This document shows, piece by piece, positions 37,049 through 48,790 of a stretch of 64,000 bases of DNA; within the stretch, counting starts at the first letter, position 1; every line of letters begins with the position of its first letter. A model generated the notes under the pieces. That model saw only the letters and a program-made list of their open reading frames with translations. It was not told where the DNA came from and made no database searches. The position numbers and the translations under genes were made by a program. The DNA lies in the NCBI GenBank assembly GCA_964106645.2, contig OZ067038.1; one strand, written 5' to 3'. The DNA comes from Podarcis pityusensis. Taxonomy: Eukaryota.

Positions 37049-37399
37049 TATTATATACTCTGGTTCAGGATGCGCACCATTAAGTATGAGGCTTTTAGAA
37101 GTATTTTAAATGTAACTGCCAGGTTGCTGGAACAGAAGAAGGATATAGTAGTACAGGTATAAAAAGTGAGAGAGTGGTTGAGAGGGAGACGTCAGCCAGT
37201 TTCACCTGGCCTTTTAACTCCTAAAAGGCCAGTTTCACCTGGCCTTTTAACATCACAGTGTATCTGTGATGTGACAAGATCGACTGGGAGAATCTAAAGA
37301 ATCCATAGCTTCCCCAGGCCTCCAACCTAGTGAGACAACTATAGTAACTCTGGAGGCTGTGACGGACCTTGGGGTCTCAAATCTCAGTGCACCCTGTAT

Positions 37400-37583
37400 G
37401 ATGCCATACCCTGATATAGCTGACAATCGACCATCAGAAGCAGTGTCTGGGCAGAAATCGCTGAAATGTCTTGAAAAATCCAGACGCATGGCAAAAAAAA
37501 GCTCAGCAACTTTGGCCATAAAAAGCAAAAAGCTCAGCAACTTTTCTGTCCGGATTCTCACTTTTTGAAATGTGGCAACCCTA
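37400..37583. mobile_element. MITE fragment with TGGCAACCCTA terminus (similar end at about 21981-21991)
   Basis: Ends GAAATGTGGCAACCCTA; internal repeat AAAAAGCTCAGCAACTTT x2. Confidence 0.5.
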
Positions 37584-38816
37584 TATTACCTTCCATTTTA
37601 CATCATAGTTGTGGTGCCCCCACAACACCCCCAAGGCTCCATGCCCAGTGCGACTGAATTGATCACGCGCTCCTAAATCCACCTCTGCTAGAAGTGGCAA
37701 ACAGAATTTCTGCCACATCATTCTCATGGATGGATGTCATTGAATGAAATGTCACTGGATGGAGTGGGGCAGGAAAAGATGAAGGAGCAAAGGAATGCGG
37801 CTCTGTTTTCTTTTCTGCCCTGCCAGCATGAGCTCGACAGAACACAAGGTACTTATGAGCTGATCTGCCTTCTTTAAAATATGTTTTACAAGAATTCAGG
37901 CATTGTATAGAAAAAGGATGGCTGTCCCCACTGTTACTTGCATACAATCTCCTTGCATGTCATTCCATGTCATCCCTCTCCAGGACATTTCTGGCTTCTT
38001 CTCAACCCTTGCAGTAGCTGCTGTGCTTTCTAGTTGCACCAAGCTGCTAAATCTTATAAAAAAACAAACAAGCAAATAAATAAATAAATATAAAGGAGAA
38101 AGGGAGAAATATTAAATGCAGCCCTCAGGCCACCTCATAGAACTTGGCAGGAGTATAAATTTTGGAACAAGCCACATTCCAATCTAAATATTAATCCAGA
38201 AGCTGCAAATCAAGTGAGTTTGCTCTGGAATGTGGACACCTTCCTCCCCAAATTCCTCACCCTTTGTAATACCATCACACCAAGACTACTTTCTTAAAAT
38301 GTTTCATCAATGCACACGTGCACAGTGGCAATGCAGAGCTGGGAAGAGTCTGAAAAAGAAATGAAAGCTAAGGAAATGAAATCTAACAGAAGAAAAATCT
38401 CCTGGTTAAGCCAGAATTGAGGGCAGAGTGAAAAAGGAAGCCCAATGAAAGAAGAAATGGGGGGTTATTTCACCCCCGTAATAAATATAACACAAATGTT
38501 CAAACAATGTCAAACACAGATAAATAGTCCCTTTTGGTTCCCTCTTCCTCAATTATGCAAGATCTGGAAGTCTGAGGAAATGTTTGTTATTCCTTCTGAA
38601 ACCAATCTTTCCTCTTTCTGTCATCGACCCAAATAAAAAACCTACTCTGGATACTTATTCTGCATCAGAGTAGCTTCAGCAGCTGTTTGATACTGATTGC
38701 CAGATCCCTTCTTAGTAACAGGAAGCCAGACAAATTCCCAAACTTCTTCAGTGTCAAACATGCCTATCTTCTCTTGTAAAAAAAAGAAGAACACAACCAG
38801 ACAATTTCAAAAGTTT

Positions 38817-39078
38817 ATATACCACCCAAGATTTCTCCAGTGAAAATAGGGACGTCCTATTTAATGATGATGATGATGATGATGATGATTTGCTATTTAC
38901 ACTCCGCCTATCCTAAACATTAACGAACTTCACATACCTCCATACCCTCCAGCATTCCTCTGATGAAAATAGGGATGTCCTAAGAAAAAGTGGGATATTC
39001 CGGCATCAAATCAGAAACTGGGACAGCTTCTGTAAATCCAGGACTGTCCCTGGAAAAAAGAGACACTTGAAGGGTCTG
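38817..39078. mobile_element. MITE with duplicated left end, split by a (GAT)n/L2-tail-like insert
   Basis: ATACCACCCAAGATTTCTCCAGTGAAAATAGGGACGTCCTA repeated as CATACCCTCCAGCATTCCTCTGATGAAAATAGGGATGTCCTA; right end TTGAAGGGTCTG. Confidence 0.55.
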
Positions 39079-39933
39079 AGATTATAAAATACAGTACATT
39101 ATTTTGCATATTCTTACTTATTTGGTAAACAGTAATCACCCAGATAATTTGCCAGCATCACCTTTCCCTGGGAGTGTTGATGGATGGTTTGTTCATGGCT
39201 TTGATAGCTTTGTGCTCATACCACATTTGAATCTTTTTCACATGACCAGAAAAGAAGGGAAACAAGATGAATAATTGATTTGTTAACATAAATTGTGCTG
39301 CTGGGCCCTTTAGTTGTTTTTGCTGCTGCAACAGCCTAAGACAGTCTTCCAAACATGCCCCCACAGAAAGATGTGCAAACTCCCATTGGGAGGTTATTCC
39401 CCAACTAGGAGAGACGGGGCAAATCAGAGAAGTCCAAGGAAGAGAAGTTAATAGTTTGTCATAGCTTTCCCCAACCAAGTGCCCTTCTGATATTTTGGAC
39501 CTCAACTCCTATCAGCTACAGCCAGCATGGCCAGTGGTCAGGTATGATGGGAAAGTCTGGAGGACATCAGTTTGGGGAAGTCTAGCTTATTCTGTTCTGC
39601 TTCCTCTGCCCTGATGTGCAATCATGACTAAAGTACCCCATTAAAATTTTATAAAAGATACAAAAAAGGTATGATGCTAATGATCTCCCTTCCTTCCAGA
39701 AATAACTCTGCTGCAGTGGTCAGTTGTCCCTCTATTTATTTATATAATACATAGAATAACCAAAACACATAAGGCAAAAATTGTACTGTACTACTGCAAA
39801 GATTAGAGTAGCTTAACCAGGGATGAGCTGAAACTTCTCAAAAGAAACTTTCAGCAGAGGTAAATGCAGAGCTTTGTCCAGGTATGAGGTGAAATTTACT
39901 GGTGCTACCAGAGTTTATCCCAGTGGTGGGCAA

Positions 39934-40328
39934 CAGCGGCGTAGCGTGGGTTGTCAGCACCCGGGGCAAGGCAAGTAATTTGCGCCCCCTAACCCCTAAC
40001 CTGCCGCCGCTGCCAGCTTCTTCTTGCTGCTGCCTGGGCTGGTCTGGTGTGGTTCTCTCCCGCGCTCAGCGCTGCGCTGGGCGGCCACTGCACTGTCCCT
40101 CCCCCAGATAGTCCCTCGCTCTCTCTCCGCACCGCACGCCTGGCACCCACCCCCTCCACAGTGGGCGGCGACCCAGCGGCTCGGATCGGATTCGCACAGC
40201 CAGCACTGCAGTGAGAGAGAGTGAGTGAGCCAGGTAGGGGCAGAGAGCTGCGAGTGCGAGCGCGCACCCCCCAGATGTTGCACCCGGTGCGGCCGGCCCC
40301 CCCCTGCACCCCCCACGCTACGCCACTG
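39934..40328. mobile_element. Young CpG-rich hAT-type non-autonomous element
   Basis: 17-bp TIRs CAGCGGCGTAGCGTGGG / CCCACGCTACGCCACTG (1 mismatch); perfect 8-bp TSD GTGGGCAA (39926-39933, 40329-40336). Confidence 0.95.
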
Positions 40329-40558
40329 GTGGGCAATTGCCACCCCCCCCCAAAAAACAGCCCATCCTTTAGACCAACAGAACATCAATCAACAATGTGA
40401 GTAACCAGGCAGGGCAATAGGGTGAAAGGTACTTCTTCATGCAACCTGGTCCCAAGTTGCTTAAAGCTCTGCAGGTCAAAACTAAAAGCTTCAGCCGGGC
40501 CTAGTAGCATATTGGCAGCCCACCCAAGCTGCTCCATTGAGAACAGTGTAGCTAATGC

Positions 40559-40781
40559 ATGAGAAGAGAAGACTCCCTGGAAAAGACCCTGATGCTGGGA
40601 AAGATTGAGGGCACAAGGAGAAGGGGACGACAGAGGACGAGATGGTTGGACAATGTTCTTGAAGCTACCAACATGAGTTTGACCAAACTGCGGGAGGCAG
40701 TGGAAGACAGGAGTGCCTGGTGTGCTCTGGTCCATGGGGTCACGAAGAATTGGACACAACTAAACGACTAAACAACAACAA
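40559..40781 (+). mobile_element. BovB (RTE clade) LINE 3' end
   Basis: MRREDSLEKTLMLGKIEGTRRRGRQRTRWLD is the BovB ORF C-terminus; 3' GGTCCATGGGGTCACGAAGAATTGGACACAACT and (CAA)n tail; TSD GCTAATGCA/GCTAACGCA. Confidence 0.95.
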
Positions 40782-42600
40782 TGCTAACGCACACTCCACT
40801 CAGGACCCTAGCTGCTGCATTTTGCACTAGCAGTAGTTTCTGGACACCACCCTTTTCTGGCCTGAAAATGAGGCCACAACATGGTGGAGAGAGAGGAGGC
40901 CTGCCCTAAATAAACATATTACTCTGTGTGGACTGCCATAGAACATTTTAACTCTCACACAGCCACTTATTGTTTAAGTTCTTTATAAATTGGATTTATT
41001 GATGGAGTTCTAGGCATTTGGTGAGCTTGGAGACAGGAATCATAAATCATATTCCTTCTTAAATGGAACAACCCAGTCAGGTGCTTGTTTGCTTGGAAGT
41101 ATGCCCCACAGAGTTCAAGAGAATCTACTTCTAAGAAAGTGTCCACAGGTGTGAAGTCTCACGTCCACTTCATCTTTGAGCATCACCTTTTGTTTAATAA
41201 TAATATGGGCACCAAGCCTTAGTTTGATCAGCATTTTTCTTCCAGGTCAGTTTTTGTAATGGCATCAAGGTAGCATATGCAGTCATTCGCCCACATATTC
41301 TTGACTGTACTTTGCCAAATGCAATTAGTAACCAGTTTTATGGCTTTCGGACAAACAAGCTATTTTCAAACATCACAATGAGCTCCTTATTCCTGAGCTC
41401 TGTTGAAGTCTCAGTAGGATACATAGGAATTTGCCTTTAATTAGGGCTTCTAATAGAAATGTCAAAAGAAAGATGCAGCTTAACCTTAAGCATAATGGAA
41501 AATTAACAATTTGTTCAGCTACCATATTTTCCTAGAAACAGACCCCTTTTGATGTTGGAACGCAAATAAAGCAGGCCAGATCCCCTATAAAAGAAGGTTA
41601 ACTCTCATGTCATTTTAAAATAAAGCTAAATGGATGAAACTGAAACAACCGTCTCTGTTTCTTCCCATGCCAAAGGGTAGAACATGCAACCATTTAAGCT
41701 ACTGCATTGCTTTCTTATACACTGCTTTCTGATAAAAATCAAAGCATTTCATTCACTTTTCTGCTTTTCATGTTTCGTTTGTAATGTGTGAAGAAGGACT
41801 GGAGCTAAGAACCACGAGATTCGCTTTGTGTATTGCGGTGGTAGAGACAGATAAAGTACATTAGAAATTGCTCATGATTCTGAAATGCTCAATTACCCAT
41901 CATAATGAAGATACAAGTCATGAATGGGATGAGGGTCACTCACTGTATTGAAAGAAGAGCTTTGCAGCAGATCTCTCAGATAAAGGTCAGAGCCTTCAGT
42001 AGAGAAGTGCACAAGAAGGTCAGTGCATCATATCTAATCCCCACACCGGAAAATATAAGCCCAACAGACAATTGTGCACATCCCTGTTGACTCACCTCCT
42101 AGCCATTTCAATATGGTTAGGATGGCGGGCTCTACATAAAAAGCGGTATTCCAGCATCTCAGACCAAACAATCATGAAATTAAGAATCCAAGTCTTTAGT
42201 TACCAGATATCCTGACTGTGAAGACGAATAACTAGTAATGCACCATGCACAGGTTAAGATCCCAAAACTGAATGGACACATTGTGAAACTTCTCTTTCCA
42301 AAAGCTACCACGATAGGGAGCAGTTCAGAAAAAGTCAGGTTTTGAGTTGACTCTTGAGAAACCCAACTTTCAAGTTAGCGTTCTGCCCACCAACGCCTCT
42401 TGGGAAATGCCCCCCCCAACCAATTCCAGCAGCAGCATTTGTGACAGTTCAGCCTTGAGCAATACAGTAAGGTACTCCTCCAGAAAGAAATGCAATTGAA
42501 CTGTAAAATGCACCTTCACATAAGCATGTCGGCTCTCATGTGAGCTGCACCCTGTGAAGATGATCAGCAGTAAAGCATGTTCTCCTTCTTGGAGACCACA

Positions 42601-43358
42601 TGTTGCGATGGGTGCTAACAAGACACCCCACTGTTGCTGGGCAGGTAAAGAATTTTAGCCACCATATCCATTGGTTCCTATCTGTTGCTGGGGAGATTTA
42701 TATGTTGCCATTTTGTGATTGACAGCCATAGCTTATATATATGCCCTGCACACAGTGTTGAGCTTCCTCTTTTTGCTGGATGCATCGGATCACCCGCCCT
42801 CCCTCCCTATTTTAGGCTGTTTGCTTGACCTTGCTATGCCTATCATGGGGTTGTCTGCTTTGGGGCAGGGGCCCGGTAGGAATTTTGTCCATTTGGCTGA
42901 TTGGCTGGTGCCATTTGGGTTTTGCCTACTGCGTAGCAAATTGTCACAACTTGTAAGGTTGTGGTTAGGAATTGGTTTTATTAATTTGTTGGTGGAGGGG
43001 TACGGATTGGCTGTGCCTGTCCCTCCAAAATACTGCTCCAGGGGATCGCCATGCTTTTGTCCGAATCCCTGTCAAGGGGCTAGGGCCACGCAAGAGCCCA
43101 TGGGAGCATTTGGGGAGAGGTGAGGCATGGTACCCAGCTCCGTCTCTCTCCCCAAAATGTTTTCCCTTTCTGACTTTGCGGGCGGGTGAATGTCAGTTTG
43201 TCCCCATGCGGGGGCAGATAGTCACAACCAATGTCTAAGCAACCACTCACATCGCTTGTAATTTTAATTGTGGCCAAAAGTATGCCAAAAACCTTAAACT
43301 AAAATTATGTGTCAATTGTGCTTTATTTGGGGTGGCTTGGGGACCTCGACGCGCAACA
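42601..43358 (+). mobile_element. Solo LTR (758 bp)
   Basis: Perfect 7-bp inverted termini TGTTGCG...CGCAACA; flanks CACA/CACT (possible 4-bp TSD); TATA-like TTATATATAT at about 42733; GT/T-rich U5-like end. Confidence 0.75.
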
Positions 43359-45029
43359 CACTATCTTGTGTCTCAAAGCATGTGAAGAAAGGCATGCCAA
43401 GCGGCCACCACCTCACAGGCAGAAGTAAAGTGCCTCACTAGTTCCTGAAGCTGCCTGAGAGTCACACCTTTGGCCTTAGAACAACTTTCCAGCCTCTTTC
43501 TGGAGGTCAGCACCTTACTCTAAGGGAGGCAACCAGTCTCACTCACCATGTTAAATTGGTGGCTGGCACCTTCATTTTCTTTACAGCTAAGGGGAAGCCA
43601 ATATAATCTGCTCGTTCCTTAAATTAATGTATTTAGGGCAAATATTGTCCTTAAGTGGCAGGGCCTGCAAAAAGCAAATTATTGAGATAATTAATGACAC
43701 AAAGCAAACCAGCCTTGCCTTGAGGATCCACCATATCTCTATGGTGGCTGGTATCCATTGGGACTGTAAGAGCTTAAGGCAGGAAGCCAACAGTAGGTCT
43801 AATCAGAGCAAATAACAGGTGAAACCACAGCCAATGGCAGGCAGAACCAATTAATTATGGTTTTGTCCCCATCCTCATCCCTGCTGTGTTCTGCAAGGAC
43901 AACACTCAGAATAGAAGGAGGAAGCTGATAGCCAGCATCAAGCTGACACCCCTAGACTGGTTGTAAGTATGAAGCTAGGCAGATGGGGGTGGCTGAGGGT
44001 AGACTGAAGTTGGTGAGGTAGTGCCCATTTGCCCTAATGGACTGGTCTTCTCTCTCTCTCAAGCACATTTTGGGCTGCACAGGGGCTGCAGGGAGGATGT
44101 TGTAGGAGCAGAAGTCTGTTCCATTCACATGCAGACACCACTGGATTTCACCCTGATAAAATTATTATGGCATAAACTTTTGTGGACGACACTTCACTTC
44201 ATCAGATGCAGGAAATTATCTTGGGACTGTGGTCTAGCAAAAGCACACACAATTCCAATTAGCTGTGCCAAATTCCGGACTGTTTTGAGGATTGTTTTGT
44301 ACAGATTATTTGCCCTGTTGATTAAACTGCCTGCAAAGCAGTCAATTTCCAGATACAAGTAGAGCCCCAGAAATATTATGCAGCCCGCAATTTGCCAGTT
44401 GTCTCTTGACAAAGACTGAGAGTAAGCCACTTACTACTCTTTTTATACAATGAATCACTTTTTCCCCCTTCTTGCAAAAAGGGAATCGTCTAATGAAAAT
44501 TCAAATGTATTGCTTTCCAGGATACAAACATAAGCCCAGGCACTTCATATACTCTGTAAATAAGCCTCATTTGCTGCACTGTGTCAGCTAACAAGTGATT
44601 TTAGTTTTACATGCAAACTCCAAGGGGAAATTTTTCAAATGAAAACAGGTAGCTTCATTTCACGTCCAATAAGCAAACATTTTCAAAATATTTAGACATC
44701 TGTATATAATAGACTTTATAAACTGTTTGTTCGGAAGCGTAAATAGATCTCTCGGTGTTTGAGTTACCGTCTATGTTTCTCATTGTAGAAAACAAAACAA
44801 AAAAATTCTACCTACAATGCAAAGCCATATGTCTTATTCTTCTTTCCTTTATGTTAAAGGTTTTCAGAGTCAGGCCTTTACAAGCAAAGGAAACAACTTC
44901 TTGTTCATGAGGCCTGATTCACCAGTGTGGTGGTGACCATGTGGGTGGGCACTTGGCATTGCAGATGCATGGGTTTTACAGCATGCAGAACAGCGTGGAA
45001 AGCACCTCCTTGTGTAGTTCTCAAAAATG

Positions 45030-45215
45030 TATGGGGACACCAGCTGGTTCAGAATGCAGCAGCTGGGATATTGGATATTGACAGCAAAGCACTGCAGCAG
45101 TTAGATCCCACCAGTTCTTAAAGATCTCCATGGAAATTCATGGAGGATAAGGTTACCAATGACTACTAGTCATGATAGCTATCTTATAACCCCCTAGTGT
45201 ATTGGAGATCTGTAC
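45030..45215 (+). mobile_element. Highly decayed L2 fragment
   Basis: CAGCTGGTTCAGAATGCAGCAGCT (QLVQNAAA motif) followed by CCCACCAGTTCTTAAAGATCTCCATGG (ITPVLKDLHW-like). Confidence 0.65.
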
Positions 45216-47014
45216 TAGGGGGTCAGTTTGTTTCGAAACACCATCCAAAGTGTTGCCCTGAACAGTTTGGTTTCCGTGTAGCAGAGGGTGCAATCCCATA
45301 CAGTTACAGATTCCCAACTGGTACAGCACCCATTTGACTTGCATAAAAGCAGCCTCCAAACCACAGTCACTGCACTTGAGAATATGGTTGAAGAGAGGGT
45401 GCTAACGCTTGTCCAGGGTGGAGGCAGACCAGGCGAAACAGAGAGAAATATGCACATGTGCAAGAACAATGAACATTTGCACAGTGTTAAGACTACAACA
45501 ACCTATGATGCAGTGTGAATGTGTGTAATACATGCATAAGCAAAAACATTCATGTCCTTTAATGGAAATGAACAGTTGACAGAATTGAAGAAATAGTGAG
45601 GGCACCACAGTTCATATGAGACAAGGCTGCTTTACTATGAGTACATCTGCATATGAATTGTCAACCCGGAAATAAACGTTATTCCGAACTAACCCTTATT
45701 CATAGTTCCATTTACAACTGCAGCATTCTTTATATTACCTTCACATTTTTGAGCTAATCTCCACAACCATGAGTGACAGACACACTTTTAATGCGTGTGG
45801 TTTTTTGTTTTTTTTAAAGTATCTCAGAATTATAACAAGAAGTCGGGGGACACAACAAGCCACATCACAACTCTGTTGAACCCATGGGCCATGTTGCTCA
45901 CTTTTGACTGAAGGAATGATTAGGACAACCACTAGCTCAGTTTTTTTTTCCGTAGCTAATTTTGCTACTTTTGAAAAGAAATATATTTTATTCATCATCG
46001 TATCACTTGGATATCAAGCTGGCTCCCTTTGTGAATCATTAAGAGTATGCCTTTTGTGAAATAATATAAAATCATCCACCAGAGAAAAGGACATTAACCG
46101 CTTGTGCTTTGGAGCCAAAAACTTATCTAAAGAGTATTTCTACCAGGCTAACTTTTACTTATTTTGCTTTGATATAGAGGGTGCCAGCATCCCAACCAGA
46201 GCCTATGGAGGGTGGGCGGGGGGGGGGGGATCTCATTTGTTAGAAGCCTGAGAAATACTTACTTTTTAACGAAGTTCACTACTTAAAGACTTTACATGGT
46301 ATGATATTGCTGGGAGCTGGAACCTGACACCCCCTTCTCCTGCCTTGCCTTTTCTTTCTTCACATATTTGCTTTTATCAAGTCAGTTTTACTCAAGTGAC
46401 ACTGAAATATGGAGATTTTTCTGATCCTTTCTTTTTCGAGAAGGAGCTTATCAGTTGTAAAGCCTACATTTTTTAATGTGAGCTTTGATGTTAACAGCCC
46501 CAGTGCTTTTCTTTCTTATTTGGGGCATTAAGTTCAATTACATATTCAAAGTATCTGTTCAGTGCTTTTCCTAGATTTTTTAATAATTCAAATGGCTAAG
46601 GTTTTTTTAAGGTCTCTTTCATCGATGTTTCATATATTTTAGATATGTGATTCAGGTTCAGTCCAGTCTTTCCTATCCATTTTTCCACTTTAGTGGCTAA
46701 TACTGACCAGCAGTGAATACTTTAGTTTAGGTTGTTTCATGCATGTGGAGTAGCAAGGAATCTATGGAGTAAAAAATAAAATGGAACAGCTGGAATAGTC
46801 AGTACTGCCCTGAGTATGTACACTCATTTCCCAAGCACTTCCAAGGAACTGTGTCTCCACAGCAGAAATGGGGGATCAGTGGCCTGCAAATATTTCTCCC
46901 AATTTACCTTGAATTTTCCTGTAAGCAAAATCTGGTGGAGCTCAGGGAAGGGCAGAAGCCCCCTCAGAAACTTTATTCTCCTTATTGAAATGCATATGGC
47001 ATTCATTTTATATA

Positions 47015-47256
47015 CAGTGGTACCTCAGGTTACATACACTTCAGGTTACATACGCTTCAGGTTACAGACTCTGCTAACCCAGAAATAGTGCTTCAGGTTA
47101 AGAACTTTGTTTCAGGATGAGAACAGAAATCGTGCTCCGGCGGCGCGGCCGCAGCAGGAGGCCCCATTAGCTAAAGTGGTGCTTCAGGTTAAGAACAGTT
47201 TCAGGTTAAGAACGGACCTCTGGAACGAATTAAGTACTTAACCTGAGGTACCACTG
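47015..47256. mobile_element. Tc1/mariner MITE, copy 3
   Basis: TA-CAGTGGTACCTCAGGTTA...TAACCTGAGGTACCACTG-TA (18-bp perfect TIR); internal TTCAGGTTA repeats. Confidence 0.95.
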
Positions 47257-48609
47257 TAAACACACAAACTCTTTTGGCTTTCCTCTCAGTTTTTTGGGGG
47301 TATTTTGCCTATGAATTGTCAGTGTGAAAGCCTGAAGTCATTCCAAAACTTCAGACAGAGCTCAAGCCACTGTTAGCCACTGTAATCTCTAGTTTCCCTC
47401 CTTCCAAAACTTATCTTGTGGCGTGAAGGAAAGGGGGACTGATAGTGGCTGAGTCCTAGTCCTTAAGTTCTCAGTTTACTGGCACCAGTGAAGGGTTCCA
47501 AGCATACTCAGAATCATCCATTGACATTAGACACACGGCTCAAGCCGTAAACCAGGAAAGTTGGAAACTGCGTATCAGAAGTCACCCATGTCTTATGATG
47601 TCTGCTGTGAGGCTTCCCAATAGCATTCCTGCATCACAAGGATTAGTTTAGGAAGAGGGTCTTGTACCAGACTGAGCACATAACTTCAAGGGCAGGGGGT
47701 GGACTCAACATCAAATGAGCTCAGGGAACAAACTCATGAAGCCACCCTTCCAACCCCCTCCGTTATGAGGTATCCCTTGCTCCAAATTAAAATTGAAAAG
47801 GGTATCTTAATGTTACCGTTTGACAGGAGACATAGCACCCAGAAGGGAAAGTTGCTTCTTGTTGGGACTTTGCTCTGGCTTCCAACCCAAAGGCTTTTTA
47901 GCTCCGAGCAGCATAAAAGGGTAGTTCACCACTGTAGGAGCCTCCTGCCTCCATTGCAGATTTACTAGTCACAACACTGGTTTTTGCCATAATCCTGAAT
48001 GTATTCCAGCAAAAGACTATACAGTTGGCTGCTCTACAGCATTCATATGAACCTTCCAAGAAAGTTTTCTAAAGCTGGAATTATTTGCACAGTCCCAGTG
48101 CCATTTTGATTGCACAGTGTGCTCATATTGGCATTGTACTTGTTAGGAAACTTTTCAGAGTTTATTGGAAATACACATTAATAGTAAACAAGAACTGAGA
48201 TTGGCTATGGCTAGATACTTGCAAACTGTCCTCCCATAGGCAAAAGCTCTTCCATAGCAGGGACTATGGGACTGTGGCTGCTGATAAGTTGGAACTGCAT
48301 GGGCACCCCTTGATTCTATACCTGCCAACATGTGTCTCATTCACAGGAAGAGGATGAAGAGCTAGAAGAGGAAATGGGGAAATGTTGTTGGCCCCATTCC
48401 TTTTAGCATTATACTCATTGAGGCTGGACATCCAAGTATGGGCGTCTGAAAATGGATGTTCATTGAATGTGGATATCTTACAGGTTCAGAGCAAGATGTG
48501 CATAGGCATGAACAAGATCTGGAACTCTGAACACAATGCTGCCACAAGTCTGCATGGAGCCCCTTTCATGGATGAAACACACCAAGAAGCACTTCAATGT
48601 TTCATTCTT

Positions 48610-48790
48610 ATTTTGTACCATAAAATTTATACATCGCTTGATTGGGGGGGGGGGACTCAGAGCGGTTTGCAAAAAAAACACAAAACAATAAAATTATCAG
48701 TAAGAAAAATCAGCAACAATAATTTGAAAAGTTAAAATAACAATAGACTAAAACAGATTAAAACTCACACCAACTTTCTAAATATCTGGG
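48610..48790 (-). mobile_element. LINE (L2-type) 3' tail, minus strand
   Basis: ATTTATACATCGCTT...CTCAGAGCGGTTTGCAAA followed by A-rich run (reverse of GTAAACCGC..GAG..AAGCG.TATAAAT tail). Confidence 0.5.

Noticed and set aside
39987-40001. Telomere-like CCCTAA repeats (also about 21987)
   Set aside because: Only two imperfect units; not an interstitial telomeric array.
39902-40388. GC-rich overlapping ORFs / host CpG-island promoter
   Set aside because: Contained within a TIR/TSD-bounded hAT element; open frames reflect GC content.
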